In this document: positions 8,719 to 19,296 of the stretch, piece by piece
How positions within the stretch are numbered: position 1 is the first letter of the stretch
Layout of the letters: every line of letters begins with the position of its first letter
The notes under the pieces: model-generated
Databases searched by the model: none
The model's input: only the letters and a program-made list of their open reading frames with translations
Told to the model about the DNA's origin: nothing
Assembly (NCBI GenBank): GCA_963847705.1
Contig: CAWKBC010000036.1
Span: forward strand, 1-19,421
Direction: 5' to 3'
Source of the DNA: an uncultured Pseudomonadota bacterium
GTDB lineage: Bacteria; Myxococcota_A; Polyangia; Fen-1088
DNA: 19,421 nucleotides
Program-made: the position numbers and the translations under genes

Positions 8719-8761
8719 ATCGTGCCCGGCGCGGGTGACATCACAGTGACGACGCCGAAAC
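8719..8761 (-). promoter_or_regulatory. Pho-box-like promoter for porin-pstS
   Basis: Minus strand reads GTTTC-N6-GTCAC-N6-GTCAC (11-bp period; plus-strand gtgac at 8735 and 8746, gaaac at 8757). A -10-like CACGAT (8724-8719) follows exactly 10 nt later, the spacing of classical PhoB promoters. Confidence 0.7.
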
Positions 8762-8808
8762 GTTTCCGGGCCGTCACGTCCCAGGTACATCGCCCATGAT
8801 TTCGGCGG

Positions 8809-8847
8809 TGTAACGTGGTTGTCACAATCGCGGCACGCGTTCGTCAA
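8809..8847 (+). promoter_or_regulatory. Pho-box-like array upstream of pstC
   Basis: GTAAC (8810), GTCAC (8821), GGCAC (8832), GTCAA (8843): four half-sites at exact 11-bp spacing, matching the (C)TGTCA PhoB direct-repeat pattern. Confidence 0.72.
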
Positions 8848-8896
8848 CCGCCGATGCTTTCATCCAAGGGTGACGACACCCGAGGGCGCTCTCGCG

Positions 8897-9913
8897 ATGG
8901 CCCAACAGAAGCGGCGCAACAGCGCCAGCAGCACGAAGATCAGTGTTCCCCCCATTCGACCGCCGAAGCTGACCCTCGCCCCAGCGCCGCTCTGGCATCG
9001 CGCCGCCGAGTGGACCTTGCGCTGTCTGGCGGTCTCCGCCGTGGTCGCCATCGTCCTCATCCTGGTGTTCATCGCCAAGGAGGCGGCGCCGATCTTCTAC
9101 AGCGGGGCGGTGCGCGCCGAGGTCACGCTCTCGAAGATGTTCGTGCCGCAGCTCTGGCCTGGCTACGACGAGTCATCGTCGGTCTGGCAGCCGGTGTCGG
9201 ACATCCCAAAGTTCGGCATCTGGCCGCTCATCGTGGGGACCTTGAAGGTCACCCTGGTGGCGATGGTGGTCTCGATCCCGCTCGGCGTGGGCGCGGCGCT
9301 CTACGTCTCGCAGTACGCGCGCCCGAGGACGCGAGAGATCGTCAAGCCGGTCGTGGAGCTTCTGGCCGGGATCCCGTCGGTGGTGCTCGGCTTCTTCGCG
9401 CTGATGGTCATGGCAACCTGGTTCCAGGACCTCTTCCACCTCGAATCGCGGCTCAACGCGCTGGTCTCGGGCGTGGCGCTTTCGTTCGCGGTGATCCCGG
9501 TGATCTTCACCCTGTCCGAGGAGGCGCTGCGCGCCGTCCCCCGCAGCTACGTCGAGGCCTCGACCGCGCTCGGCGCGGCGCGCTGGCAGACCACCCTGCT
9601 GGTGGTGCTCCCCGCGGCCAGCCCCGGCATCGCGGCCGGTGTCGCGCTGGGACTCGGCCGCGCGGTCGGCGAGACGATGATCGTCCTCATGGCCTCCGGC
9701 AACGCCGCCATCGTCTCGGCCAACCTGGCCGATTCGGCGCGCACCATCGCAGCGACGATCGCCGCGGAGCTGGCCGAGGTGGTGTTCGGCGGCTCGCACT
9801 ACACGGTCCTGTTCTTCCTGGGGACGCTGCTCTTCCTGACCACCTTCTGCATCAACACCGTCGGGGACTGGGCCATCCGCCGGATGAAGATCCGACTCGG
9901 AGGAATGGCGTGA
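8897..9913 (+). CDS. pstC: Phosphate ABC transporter permease PstC
   Basis: [35 protein letters not shown] loop ([13 protein letters not shown]), [16 protein letters not shown]. The start is taken at ATG 8897 because the upstream TTG start overlaps the Pho boxes. Confidence 0.95.
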   Translation: MAQQKRRNSASSTKISVPPIRPPKLTLAPAPLWHRAAEWTLRCLAVSAVVAIVLILVFIAKEAAPIFYSGAVRAEVTLSKMFVPQLWPGYDESSSVWQPVSDIPKFGIWPLIVGTLKVTLVAMVVSIPLGVGAALYVSQYARPRTREIVKPVVELLAGIPSVVLGFFALMVMATWFQDLFHLESRLNALVSGVALSFAVIPVIFTLSEEALRAVPRSYVEASTALGAARWQTTLLVVLPAASPGIAAGVALGLGRAVGETMIVLMASGNAAIVSANLADSARTIAATIAAELAEVVFGGSHYTVLFFLGTLLFLTTFCINTVGDWAIRRMKIRLGGMA

Positions 9914-10878
9914 CCGCCGCGGCAGGAGCGGTCGTCGACAAGTCGGCGCTGGCGCAGCAGGCCGTCCGCCGCACCCGCCGGAATCTCATCGCCGATGGGG
10001 CGATGGCCGTCGCCTCGGGCGCCGCGCTGCTCATCGTCCTGGCCATCCTCGCCGTCATCCTGTTCGATGTCGTCCACAACGGGACGCCCCACCTCTCCTG
10101 GGCCTTTCTCACCGAGGCCCCGCGCGAGGGAATGACGGCGGGCGGAATCTTCCCGGCCATCATCGGAATGCTCCAGATGGTCGTCCTCATGACCCTGGCG
10201 GGCGTGCCGGTCGGGGTGGCGACCGCCATCTACCTGCACGAGTATTCGTCGCCCGTCTCGCCCGTGACGCGGACCATCCGGATCGCGGTGGCGAACCTGG
10301 CGGGCGTCCCGTCGATCGTCTTCGGGCTGTTCGGTCTGGGGTTCTTCGTGCAATTCCTGGGGGCTGGGATCGACAAGGCGTTCTTCCACGGCGAGAAGGT
10401 GTATGGCCAGCCAGCGCTCATCTGGGCGGCGCTCACCATGGCGGTGTTGACCCTGCCGGTGGTGATCGTGGCGACCGAGGAGGCGCTGCGGGCGGTGCCC
10501 CAGGAGCTGCGCGAGGCGTCGCTGGCGCTGGGGGCGACCAAGTTCCAGACGGTGATGCACGTGGTGGTGCCGCAGGCGGCCCCCGGCATCCTGACCGGCA
10601 CCATCCTGGCGGTCAGCCGCGGCGCCGGCGAGGTGGCGCCCATCCTCTTCACCGGGGCGGCCTACTTTCTTCCCCAGCTCCCCAGGCATCTGTCGTCGCA
10701 GTTCATGTCGCCGAGTTACCATGTCTACGTGCTCTCCACGCAGTCGCCCGACGTCGACGCGACCAAGCCGATCCTCTACGCGACGGTGCTGGTCCTGCTG
10801 GCGCTGACCTTCACGCTCAACATGGCGGCGGTGATCGTCCGGGCCCGGATGCGGCGCCAGCACGGGGAGGCGGCGTGA
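9910..10878 (+). CDS. pstA: Phosphate ABC transporter permease PstA
   Basis: GTGA overlap with the pstC stop. Motifs [70 protein letters not shown]. Confidence 0.95.
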   Translation: MTAAAGAVVDKSALAQQAVRRTRRNLIADGAMAVASGAALLIVLAILAVILFDVVHNGTPHLSWAFLTEAPREGMTAGGIFPAIIGMLQMVVLMTLAGVPVGVATAIYLHEYSSPVSPVTRTIRIAVANLAGVPSIVFGLFGLGFFVQFLGAGIDKAFFHGEKVYGQPALIWAALTMAVLTLPVVIVATEEALRAVPQELREASLALGATKFQTVMHVVVPQAAPGILTGTILAVSRGAGEVAPILFTGAAYFLPQLPRHLSSQFMSPSYHVYVLSTQSPDVDATKPILYATVLVLLALTFTLNMAAVIVRARMRRQHGEAA

Positions 10879-11666
10879 GCGCCAGCGCCAACGGTGTGGC
10901 CAAGACCGACCCACAGCCGAAGCTGGTCGTCCGCAATCTGACCGTCTTTTACGGCGACAAGAAGGCGGTCGGTCCGGTGGCGATGGACATCGTCGGGCAG
11001 CATGTGACGGCGCTCATCGGGCCGTCGGGCTGCGGCAAGTCGACCTTCCTGCGCTCGCTCAACCGGATGAACGAGCTCATCCCCAGCTGCCGGATCGAGG
11101 GGGAGGTCCGGCTGGACGGCGATCCGATCTACGGGCAGGGAATCGATCCGGTGGCGGTCCGGCGGCGCATCGGGATGGTGTTCCAGCGCTCGAACCCCTT
11201 TCCCAAGTCGATCGCGGAGAACGTCGCCTACGGCCTCCGCATCGGGGGCATCAAGGATTCGCGCGACATCGACGCCCGGGTCGAGCGGGCGCTGACGCAG
11301 GCGGCGCTCTGGGAGGAGGTTAAAGACCGATTGCACGAGAGCGCTCTCGGGCTGTCGGGTGGCCAGCAGCAGCGCCTCTGCATCGCGCGCGCGCTGGCGG
11401 TGGAGCCGGAGGTGCTGCTGATGGACGAGCCGGCCTCGGCGCTCGATCCGATCGCCACCGCGCACATCGAGGAGCTCATCAACGAGCTGTCGGAGCACTA
11501 CACGGTCGTCATCGTCACGCACAACATGCAGCAGGCGGCGCGCGTCGCCGACTACACGGCGTTCTTCTATCTGGGCGAGCTGGTCGAGTTCGATCGGACG
11601 GACGTGCTGTTCACGAAGCCCAGCGATTCGAGGACCGAAGACTACATCACGGGCAGATTTGGGTGA
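10875..11666 (+). CDS. pstB: Phosphate ABC transporter ATP-binding protein PstB
   Basis: Walker [26 protein letters not shown], signature [15 protein letters not shown], Walker [23 protein letters not shown], and the C-terminal [10 protein letters not shown]. Confidence 0.98.
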   Translation: MSASANGVAKTDPQPKLVVRNLTVFYGDKKAVGPVAMDIVGQHVTALIGPSGCGKSTFLRSLNRMNELIPSCRIEGEVRLDGDPIYGQGIDPVAVRRRIGMVFQRSNPFPKSIAENVAYGLRIGGIKDSRDIDARVERALTQAALWEEVKDRLHESALGLSGGQQQRLCIARALAVEPEVLLMDEPASALDPIATAHIEELINELSEHYTVVIVTHNMQQAARVADYTAFFYLGELVEFDRTDVLFTKPSDSRTEDYITGRFG

Positions 11667-12373
11667 CATGGATGATTAGAGCCACTTCGCGCGAGCACAC
11701 CAACCGCGAGTACGAGCAGGAGCTGCGCCGCTTGCGCGAGCAGCTGCTGCTCATGGGCGCCAAGGTCGAGGAGATCATCAACGGCAGCATCCGCGCGCTC
11801 ATCGATCGCGACAGCGATCTGGCCGAGCGGATGATCGCCGTCGACCGCAAGATCAACCAGCTGGAGATCGCCATCGACGAGCTCTGCATGCAGGTGCTGG
11901 CGCGCCGGCAGCCGGTGGCGTCAGACCTCCGCTTCCTGACCACCGCGCTCAAGCTGGTGACCGATCTCGAGCGCATCGGCGATCTCGGCGTCAACATCTG
12001 CGAACGGGTGCTGGAGCTGAACGGCGAACCGCCGCTCAAGCCCTACATCGATCTTCCGAACATGACGCAGGAGGTGCAGGAGATGCTGCACGAGGCGCTG
12101 GACGCCTTCGTGGCCGCCGACGTGGAAAGGGCGCAGCGGGTGATCGCCCGCGACAAGAACGTCGACGCCTACTACACCCAGATCTTCCGCGAGCTCCTGA
12201 CCTACATGATGGAAGACCCCCGCAACATCTTCCGCGCCACCCGCCTGCAGTCGATCGCCAAGTACCTGGAGCGCATCGGCGACCACGCCACCAATCTCGG
12301 CGAGCTGACCGTCTTCATGGTCAAGGGCAAGGACATCCGCCACGCCGGCAAGCTCAGCGACGGGCCGACCTGA
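11663..12373 (+). CDS. phoU: Phosphate signalling complex protein PhoU
   Basis: Two PhoU repeats: QPVASDLR...DLERIGD and [16 protein letters not shown] overlap with pstB (alternative ATG at 11672). Confidence 0.96.
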   Translation: MTWMIRATSREHTNREYEQELRRLREQLLLMGAKVEEIINGSIRALIDRDSDLAERMIAVDRKINQLEIAIDELCMQVLARRQPVASDLRFLTTALKLVTDLERIGDLGVNICERVLELNGEPPLKPYIDLPNMTQEVQEMLHEALDAFVAADVERAQRVIARDKNVDAYYTQIFRELLTYMMEDPRNIFRATRLQSIAKYLERIGDHATNLGELTVFMVKGKDIRHAGKLSDGPT

Positions 12374-12415
12374 GACCGGGTTCGGATCCCGACCGGCCAG
12401 GCGGGCCGCCGCGAA

Positions 12416-12424
12416 TGCTACGCT
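12416..12424 (+). promoter_or_regulatory. Possible extended -10 promoter element for the dioxygenase gene
   Basis: TGcTACGCT (TGnTAnnnT) ends 13 nt upstream of GTG 12438, in the 64-bp spacer after phoU. Confidence 0.35.
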
Positions 12425-12437
12425 TGGTGCCACCGGC

Positions 12438-13196
12438 GTGTTGCTCGACGAGACCCAACGGCGCGCTCTTCTCGACGACGGGTACCTGCTGGTGCCGGGG
12501 CTGGTGGCGCGCGAGCGCGTCGACGCGGCGCTGAAGGCGATCAACCACTCGCTCGGCGAGGAGGGAATCGCCAAGGACCAGATCTGGACGCTGCGCGCGC
12601 AGACCTTCTGCCCCGAGCTGACCGCCGCGCCCGAGATCCTCGACCTCTACCGGGCCACGCCGGTCGTCGACCTGGCCGAGGCGGCGCTCGGCCGAGGCAA
12701 CGTGGTCGCGCCGGGCACGGGGCAGATCGCGCTCCGCTTCCCGCAGAAGCTCGCCGAGCCCAAGATCCCCTACCCGCACATCGACGGCATGCCCGGGCCG
12801 CTCAACGGCGTCGAGCCCGGCACGCTCTACCATTTCACGGCGCTGGCGGCCGTCTTCCTGAGCGACACGACCGCACCGTTCCAGGGCAACTTCACGGTGT
12901 GGCCGGGGTCGCACCGGACGCTGGAGGCGTACTTCCGCACGCACGGCACCGGCGAGCTCGTCCGCGGCTTCCCGCCGATCGAGCTGGCGCCGCCACGCCA
13001 GCTCAGCGCCCGGGCGGGCGACGTGCTGCTGGCGCACTACCAGCTGGCGCACAACGGCGCGCCCAACGTGGGACCGCACGTCCGCTACGCAGTCTTTTTC
13101 CGCCTCGCCCACCGCGCCCACAATCCGACCTCCACCGCGACGCTCACCGAGCTGTGGCGCGAGTGGGACGGGGTGCGCGGCGGCTCCGCGGTGTGA
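12438..13196 (+). CDS. Phytanoyl-CoA dioxygenase (PhyH) family Fe(II)/2-oxoglutarate-dependent dioxygenase
   Basis: N-terminal DDGYLLVPGLV, metal triad PHID...H(NGAPN), GNFTVWPGSH, AGDVLL, and a distal Arg (VRYAVFFR). Confidence 0.85.
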   Translation: MLLDETQRRALLDDGYLLVPGLVARERVDAALKAINHSLGEEGIAKDQIWTLRAQTFCPELTAAPEILDLYRATPVVDLAEAALGRGNVVAPGTGQIALRFPQKLAEPKIPYPHIDGMPGPLNGVEPGTLYHFTALAAVFLSDTTAPFQGNFTVWPGSHRTLEAYFRTHGTGELVRGFPPIELAPPRQLSARAGDVLLAHYQLAHNGAPNVGPHVRYAVFFRLAHRAHNPTSTATLTELWREWDGVRGGSAV

Positions 13197-13212
13197 TAGG
13201 TCTCGGAGGCAT

Positions 13213-14172
13213 ATGAAGAAGCGCCTCGTCCGTCTCCTCGCCTGGGCCGTCACCGCCGGGATCCTGTTCCTCCTGTTTCGGAAGATCCCCTTTCATGATG
13301 TGGTCGCCGCCGCCCGCGGCGCCGCCGGCTGGACCGTCCCCGCGGCCTTCTTCTTCGGCTTCGTCATCTACCTCGCCGATTCCTTCGCCATCTGGAAGAC
13401 GTTCGGCTGGTTTCTGGCGCAGCTGTCGTTCACCGACGTCCTGCTGGTGCGCGGCGCGACCTACCTGCTGGCGGCCATCAACTACAACGTCGGTCAGGGG
13501 GCGATCGTCTACTTCATCCACCGCGTGGCGCGGGTCCCCGTCATTCGCGGCGTCGCCACGGTGCTGCTCGCCATGGGCATCAACGTGCTGGCGCTGCTGT
13601 TTCTGGCCACCTTCGGCCTCGTCGCCGCGCCCGATGTTCCGCACGCGGTCAAGGTGATCGTGGCCGTCGCCTACGCCGGGCTGGCGGTCTACGTCGCCGC
13701 GGTGATCGCCAAGCCGCGCTGGCTCGCCTCGCGCCCGCTGTTCGACGTCCTGCTGGGCGCCGGCCTGGGCGGCCACGCGCGCGCGCTGCTGGTCCGCTTG
13801 CCGCACATCGCGATCCTGTTCGTGTTCCAGATCGTCATGCTGCGCGGGTTCGGCGTGGCCGTCCCGATCCTGCAGGCAATGGCCGCGCTGCCGGTGGTCT
13901 ACCTCATCGCCGTCCTGCCGATCTCGGTCCAGGGGCTCGGCACGACACAGGCGACCATGATCTATTTCTTCGCCCGCTACGCCCCCGGGGACAGCCACGC
14001 GCAACAGGCGGCGGTGCTGACCGCCAGCCTGGTCGGGCAGGCCGGCACGCTCGCCTTCCAGATCGTGCTGGGGCTCGCCTGCCTGAAGAGCCGCGTCGGC
14101 CGCGCGGTGACGGAGGCGTCGCACCAGGCCACCGAAGCGGCGGCGCAGCCAGCCTCGGCGCCTTCCGCCTGA
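13213..14172 (+). CDS. Lysylphosphatidylglycerol-synthase TM domain (YbhN/flippase-like) membrane protein
   Basis: RBS GGAGG at 13205-13209. About 8 hydrophobic segments, an N-terminal KR-TM-'IPFHDVVAA' pattern, and the family motif LPISVQGLGTTQA (P.s.gG.G..E-like). Confidence 0.72.
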   Translation: MKKRLVRLLAWAVTAGILFLLFRKIPFHDVVAAARGAAGWTVPAAFFFGFVIYLADSFAIWKTFGWFLAQLSFTDVLLVRGATYLLAAINYNVGQGAIVYFIHRVARVPVIRGVATVLLAMGINVLALLFLATFGLVAAPDVPHAVKVIVAVAYAGLAVYVAAVIAKPRWLASRPLFDVLLGAGLGGHARALLVRLPHIAILFVFQIVMLRGFGVAVPILQAMAALPVVYLIAVLPISVQGLGTTQATMIYFFARYAPGDSHAQQAAVLTASLVGQAGTLAFQIVLGLACLKSRVGRAVTEASHQATEAAAQPASAPSA

Positions 14173-14220
14173 GCGCCGGTCTCTTGCGGAGGAGCCGGGG
14201 CGCGACGCGCGAAGCCGAGG

Positions 14221-17200
14221 TCAGTCGAGGCCGAGCCGCCGGTTGAGCGTGGAGAGCTCAGCGCCGACGGCGAAGTTGATCAGATCGACGACGGCGGCGC
14301 TGGCGCGGGCGGCGGCCAGCAGCTCCTCGGGCGGCTGCAGCACCGCGGCGGCCAGTCGCCGATCGGCGCGGGCGAGGGTCTCGAACGCGCCCAGCACGTC
14401 ACCTGAGGCGGCGACCGCCGCGCGGGTCCCGGTGTACCCGATGGCGGCACGCCATCGTTCGCCGTCGAAGACGCCCGCGTCGCGGAAACCGAGCGCCGCC
14501 TGCTCGAACGCGCGCCGGTGCCGCCGCGGCAGCGAGCGGGAGATCTTCTGCGCCACGTCGTTCAGCTGCTCCTCGGGCAGGATGCCGCGCCCGTAGTCGG
14601 AGAAGACCGTCCGCACGCCCGCGGCCACCAAGAGGCCGAGATCCTTCCCGGGGATGCGTCCCACCGCGTAGGTCCCGGCCCGCAAGTGTCCCAGCTGCCG
14701 CCCCAGTTGAAGGTAAGCCTCTTGCCGCGGCAGCGCGGCGAAGTTCGGCGGCAGCAGCAGCGCCGGCGGTGGGCCGGCCTCGATCTCGACCTGGGTGGCG
14801 ATGGCGCGCGCCTGGAAGACGTCGAAGGTGTCCTCGACGCCGAACAGCGCGGCGACCCGGCTGACCAGAGCGCGCTGCGGATCCTCCGAGCGCGGCGGCA
14901 GCCGATCCTGCTTGTTGACCCCCCAGTCCTCCAGCGCCAGCCCATAGAGGCGCGGCAGCACCTCGGACATCGCCGCCAGCAGCAAGGTGGCCGGGTGGCG
15001 CGCGTCGGGGTGGCGGATGATCGACTCGAAGTCGGCGCCCGAGATCGCCCCGGTCGTCTCGGGCGTCCAGCGCTGACGCGCCTCGCGGACCGCGCGCGCG
15101 TCGGCGGCGTCGGTGAGGCCGAGCGCCGCCAGCGCGGCCGCCACCCGGGCCGCGCGCCGCCGCTGTCCCGCGCGCTCGCAGAGCCGGCGCAGCGCCTGCA
15201 ACGAGTCGACCCGCAGCGGCTCGAGCCGCAGGAGCACCAGATGCTCGGCGATCGCCTCCGGAATGCGCTCGGCGGCCTCCAGCACCCGGGCGAGCTCGGT
15301 GCGCGCCTCGACGTCGTTGTCCGCGTTGGCCACCACCACGCGCAGCTCGTCGATGGCGCGCGCGCTCGAGCCGAGCGGGCCGCTCCAGAGCGCGGCCAGC
15401 CGCAAGCGCCGCGTGCGCGCGCCGGGCGCGACCTCCAGGTAGCGGCCCAGCGCCGCCGCCAACCGCGACGGCTCGCCGAGCCGGACCAGAATCGCGTCCA
15501 GCCGATCCATGGCCAGATCGTGGTGGGGGTCGAGCGCCAGCGCCTGCTCGAAGGCGTCGGCCGCCCCCTCGGGATCCTCGGCGGGCCCGGCCAGGAGCTC
15601 GCCCAGCGTCACCAGGTGACCGACGCGCGCCTCGGGCTCCGACCTCGACCGTCGCCAGCCGCCGCAGGACGATCGCCGCCTCGGCGAAGTCGCGCCGCCG
15701 GGTGAGTCCGCGCACCAGCCCCGCCAGCGCCGACAGCTCGTCGGGCGCGGCCAGGAGCGCGTTGCGATAGGCCTCGACCGCCTGATCGCCGTCGGCCAGC
15801 GCGCGCTCGGCGATGTCGCCCACCCGAACCCAGGCGGCGCTCACCGTGCGCGGATCGGCCGAGGCCGCGATGGCGCTGCCGGTAGGTGGCGATCGCCTCG
15901 GCCGAGCGCCCCAGCTCCGCCTCGACCTCGGCCAGCCGCAGCAACACCGGCACCGAGGTCGGGTCCAGCTTCACCGCCTCGGCCAGCACCGCCGCCGCCT
16001 CGACCGGATCGCGCGCGTAGATCAGCTCGGCCAGGGCCAGCAGCCGATCGCGCCGCTTGGGGAGCGTGCCGGCGGCGGCGCGGCGCCGCATCACCTGCGC
16101 CAGCCAATCGTCCTCGTTGCGCGCGCGAAGGATGACCTGCAGGACCTCGAAGTCGGTCTCGGCCTCGGGCTCGATGGCCAGCACCTCTTCCAGGCAGCGT
16201 CCGGCCATCGCGTCGTCGCGGACCTGGTTGGCGTAGAGGCGCGCCGCCTGCCGGAAGGCGGCCGCCGCCCGCGCCGGGGCCTTGGTGAGCCGCGCCTCGC
16301 GCGCGTAGAGCTCGGCGGCCGCGCGCCCGTCGCCGGTCGCCTCGCGCAGCCGGGCCTGCGCGCGCAGCGCCGGCAGGAACGTCGCATCGGCCTCGAGGGC
16401 ACGCGCGAAGTCGGCGTCGGCGCCGCCAGAATCGCCGGCCGCCTGGCGCGCGCCGCCCAGATCCCAGAGCAGCACCGCGCGCGACAGGCCGTCGGCGCCG
16501 ACTCGGCCAGCCGGCGCCGCGCCAAGATGACCCGCGCCGAGTCGCCCGCGCGCGCGGCCGCCGACCGAAGGCCGACAGCGTCTCGTCGGTCGGGCGCGCC
16601 TCGACGACCCGGTTCCAGAGCGACAGCGTCTCGGGCCGCGGCCCGCCGCCGGCGCGATCGCGCGCGCGGGCCGCCGCTTGCCAAGGGCCGCGCGCGTGTC
16701 GTCGTCGTCGCTGGCGTCGGCCAGACGCTCCAGGGCCGGCGCGGCGTCCCGATCGCGGCCGAACCGAAACGCCAGCGCCACCCCGGCGTCCAGCACAGCC
16801 GCGTCGCCCGGCGCCGCCTCGAGCGCGCCGTGGAGCACGCGCGGGGCCGCCTCGCGATCGGCGAGCCGCCAGGCCAGATCGAGGCGCAGCCCCAGCTCGC
16901 CACCCCCGATCGCTTTTCCATCGGCGAGACGCTTCAGCTGCAGCGCCGCCAGCTCGGCGGCCCGGCCCACCAGACGCGAGAGCCGCTCCTCGGCGATCGC
17001 CGTGCGGGCGTCGCCGCCGCTGGCGTTGGCGCGCTCGATCGCGGTCAGCGCCTCGCGCCGCCGCCCGAGCTGCCACTCGAGACCTCCGCCTGCGCCCGGT
17101 AGGCGGCGGCCTTGTCGGCCGGATCGGCCAGCGTCTGCCCCAGGCTCCCCAGCGCGGCGGCCAGCTCTTCGCCGCGGCCCAGCCGATCGAGCAGGCGCAC

Positions 17201-19296
17201 GTGCTCGGCGATCGCCTCGACGTTGGCCGGATCGAAGGTCAGCGCGCGCGCCGTCGCCGCCAGCGCCTCCTCGGGGCGCCCCAGACGGAGCGCCTGGAGA
17301 CGCGCCGCCTCCACCTCGAAGGTGCTGGCGCTGGCGGGATTGGGCTCGCCGGCCGCCTGACGGGAGAGCACCCCGCAGAGCGCGTCGAACCGGCCGCGCC
17401 GGTGATGCGCGCGGCCCAGACCGGCCAGCACCGGGCGCGAATCGGGTGCCAGCGCCAGCGCCGCCTCGTAGGCGCGGATCGCCTCGTCGTCGGCCGCCGC
17501 GCGCTCCTCGAAGATGGTCCCGGCGCGGTAGCACCAGGCGAACCGGGTCGCCTTGTCAAAAGCCGAGATTCGGTCCCCAGCTTCAACGCCGCCTCCGCCG
17601 CGACCAAGGCGTCGCCCGCCTTCTCGGCCGCGCGCAAGAGGGCCGCCAGCGCCGCCCCCCGCCGTGTCCCGAGCGCCACCCACTCGCCGTAGAAGGCCAG
17701 CGCCTTGCCCGGATCGCCCAGCCGATCCTCGTGCAGCGCGCCCAACCGTTCGAGCCGGATCGCCCGCGCGCCGGTGTCGGCCTCGGTCCCCGCCTCGCCG
17801 AGGGCGCCCGGCGCAGCGGTCACGTCGACCACCTTGGCCATCTCGTCCCAGCGGCCGAGCGCCGGCAAAAGCCGCTCGAGCAGATGCGCCGCCGGCGCGT
17901 AGCCGGGTACCGCCTCCAGCGCCCGGCGCGCCAGCGCCGCGGCGCGCGGCAGGTCGTGCGCCGCCGTCTCGGCCAGCTCCGCGGCCCGCATGGCCAGCGC
18001 CGCCCGCTCCGCCGGATCGGCGCTGCGATCGACCGCCCCCTCGGCCAGCGTCACCTGCGCCGCGGCATCGCCGGTGCGCGAGGCGATCCGTTCCAGCGCC
18101 GCCAGCGCGACCGGATCGCCGGGGCGGGCCTCCAGCAGCCGCCGGTAGCGGCCGGCCGCGGCGTCGTCGTTCCCCTCGTGCAGCTCGGCCAGGTGCGCGC
18201 CCAGGCCCACCAGCGTCGCCGCCCAGTCACGATCGCCCGAGAGATCGGCCTGGTGATCGAGCGCCTGCCGGGCCTTCTTCCACTGCCCGCCGGCGAGCGC
18301 GCTCGAGACGGTCGCGAAGAGCAGCGCCGGATCGTCCGGATCGGCCGGCCGCGCCTCCTCGATCAGCTCCGCGGCCCGCGCCGGCCCGCCCAGCCGATGG
18401 CGCGACAGCGCCGCGCCCAGCGCCAGCCAGGCGGCCCGCTCGATGACCGAAGGGCCTCGGCCTCCAGCGCGACCACCCGCGCCAGCTCCGCAAACTTCCC
18501 CAGCGCCGCCGCCACCCGCCGCGCCCCCGCCCGCGCCAGCGCCGCCGCGCCCCGGCCCGCCTGCTCGTCGAGCGCGCGCAGCCACAAGCCGAGCGCCTCG
18601 GGAGCGCGCGCCGGATCGCCCTCCGCGATGAGCGCCAGCCGCGCCAGCAGGCGGCCGCGCTCGCCGGGCGTGCGGCCCGACGCCAGCCGCCGCTCCAGCA
18701 CCGACGTCAGCAGCGCCGCGTCGCCCGGCTCGCCTGGGCCCGCGCCGCGAGCGCGCTCTGCTCCAGCGCCAGCAGCGCGGCCGCATGGCCCGGCTGCTGG
18801 GCCAGCGCCTCTTCCAGCACGGCCCGCGCCGCGCCGGCGCGCCCAACCGATGCTCCAGCAGATAGGCCTTCTCGACCGCCGAATCGGCCCGCGTGGCGAC
18901 GTCGCCGGCCGCCGAACGCTCGACATCCAGCAGAATCGATCGCCGCCCGGTGCTCCCGGCCTCGATGGCGTGCAGGCGCAGCGCGCGCAGCACCGGCCGG
19001 AAGGTCGTCTCGGGCGGCTCTTCGAGCGCCAGCCGCAGGTGATCCATCGCCGCGGCGACGTCGCCCACCCCTTCCTCGAAGAGGCGCGCGGCCGCGTAGC
19101 GCAGGGCCCCGGCGGTCGCGCCGTCGCGCGCGTCGGCCTCCTCGACCAGCGCCAGCGCCTCGGCCTCCCACTGCGCGGGCGAGCGGACCAGGCCCCGCCG
19201 CGCGTCGTCGGGCGGCATCATCCCGGGCGACAGGTTCGGCTGCGTGGCCTCGTCAGGACGAAGCTTTGGCAACGGCGTGGGGGTGAGGGCCGACAT
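14221..19296 (-). CDS. Giant TPR-like repeat protein (~1,690 aa) with C-terminal degenerate M48-like domain; about 10 frameshifts
   Basis: Helical repeats continue across ORFs 17239..19317, 17045..17683, 15609..17534, 14399..15844 and 14221..15612 (AAAGRYRRLLEARPGDPVALAALERI, AIRAYEAALALAPDSRPVLAGL, AADAFEQALALDPHHDLAMDRL). There are no intergenic gaps or RBS between fragments. Start MSALTP at 19296, stop TGA at 14223-14221. Confidence 0.78.

Noticed and set aside
8701-8896. ORF-track N-terminal extensions of the porin (8847), pstC (8819) and pstA (8815)
   Set aside because: They overlap each other and the Pho-box arrays. Downstream starts (8700, 8897, 9910) give normal proteins.
14221-19296. 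Several separate TPR genes or programmed frameshifting
   Set aside because: Breaks fall mid-repeat with no RBS, starts or slippery heptamers, which fits one gene with indel errors.
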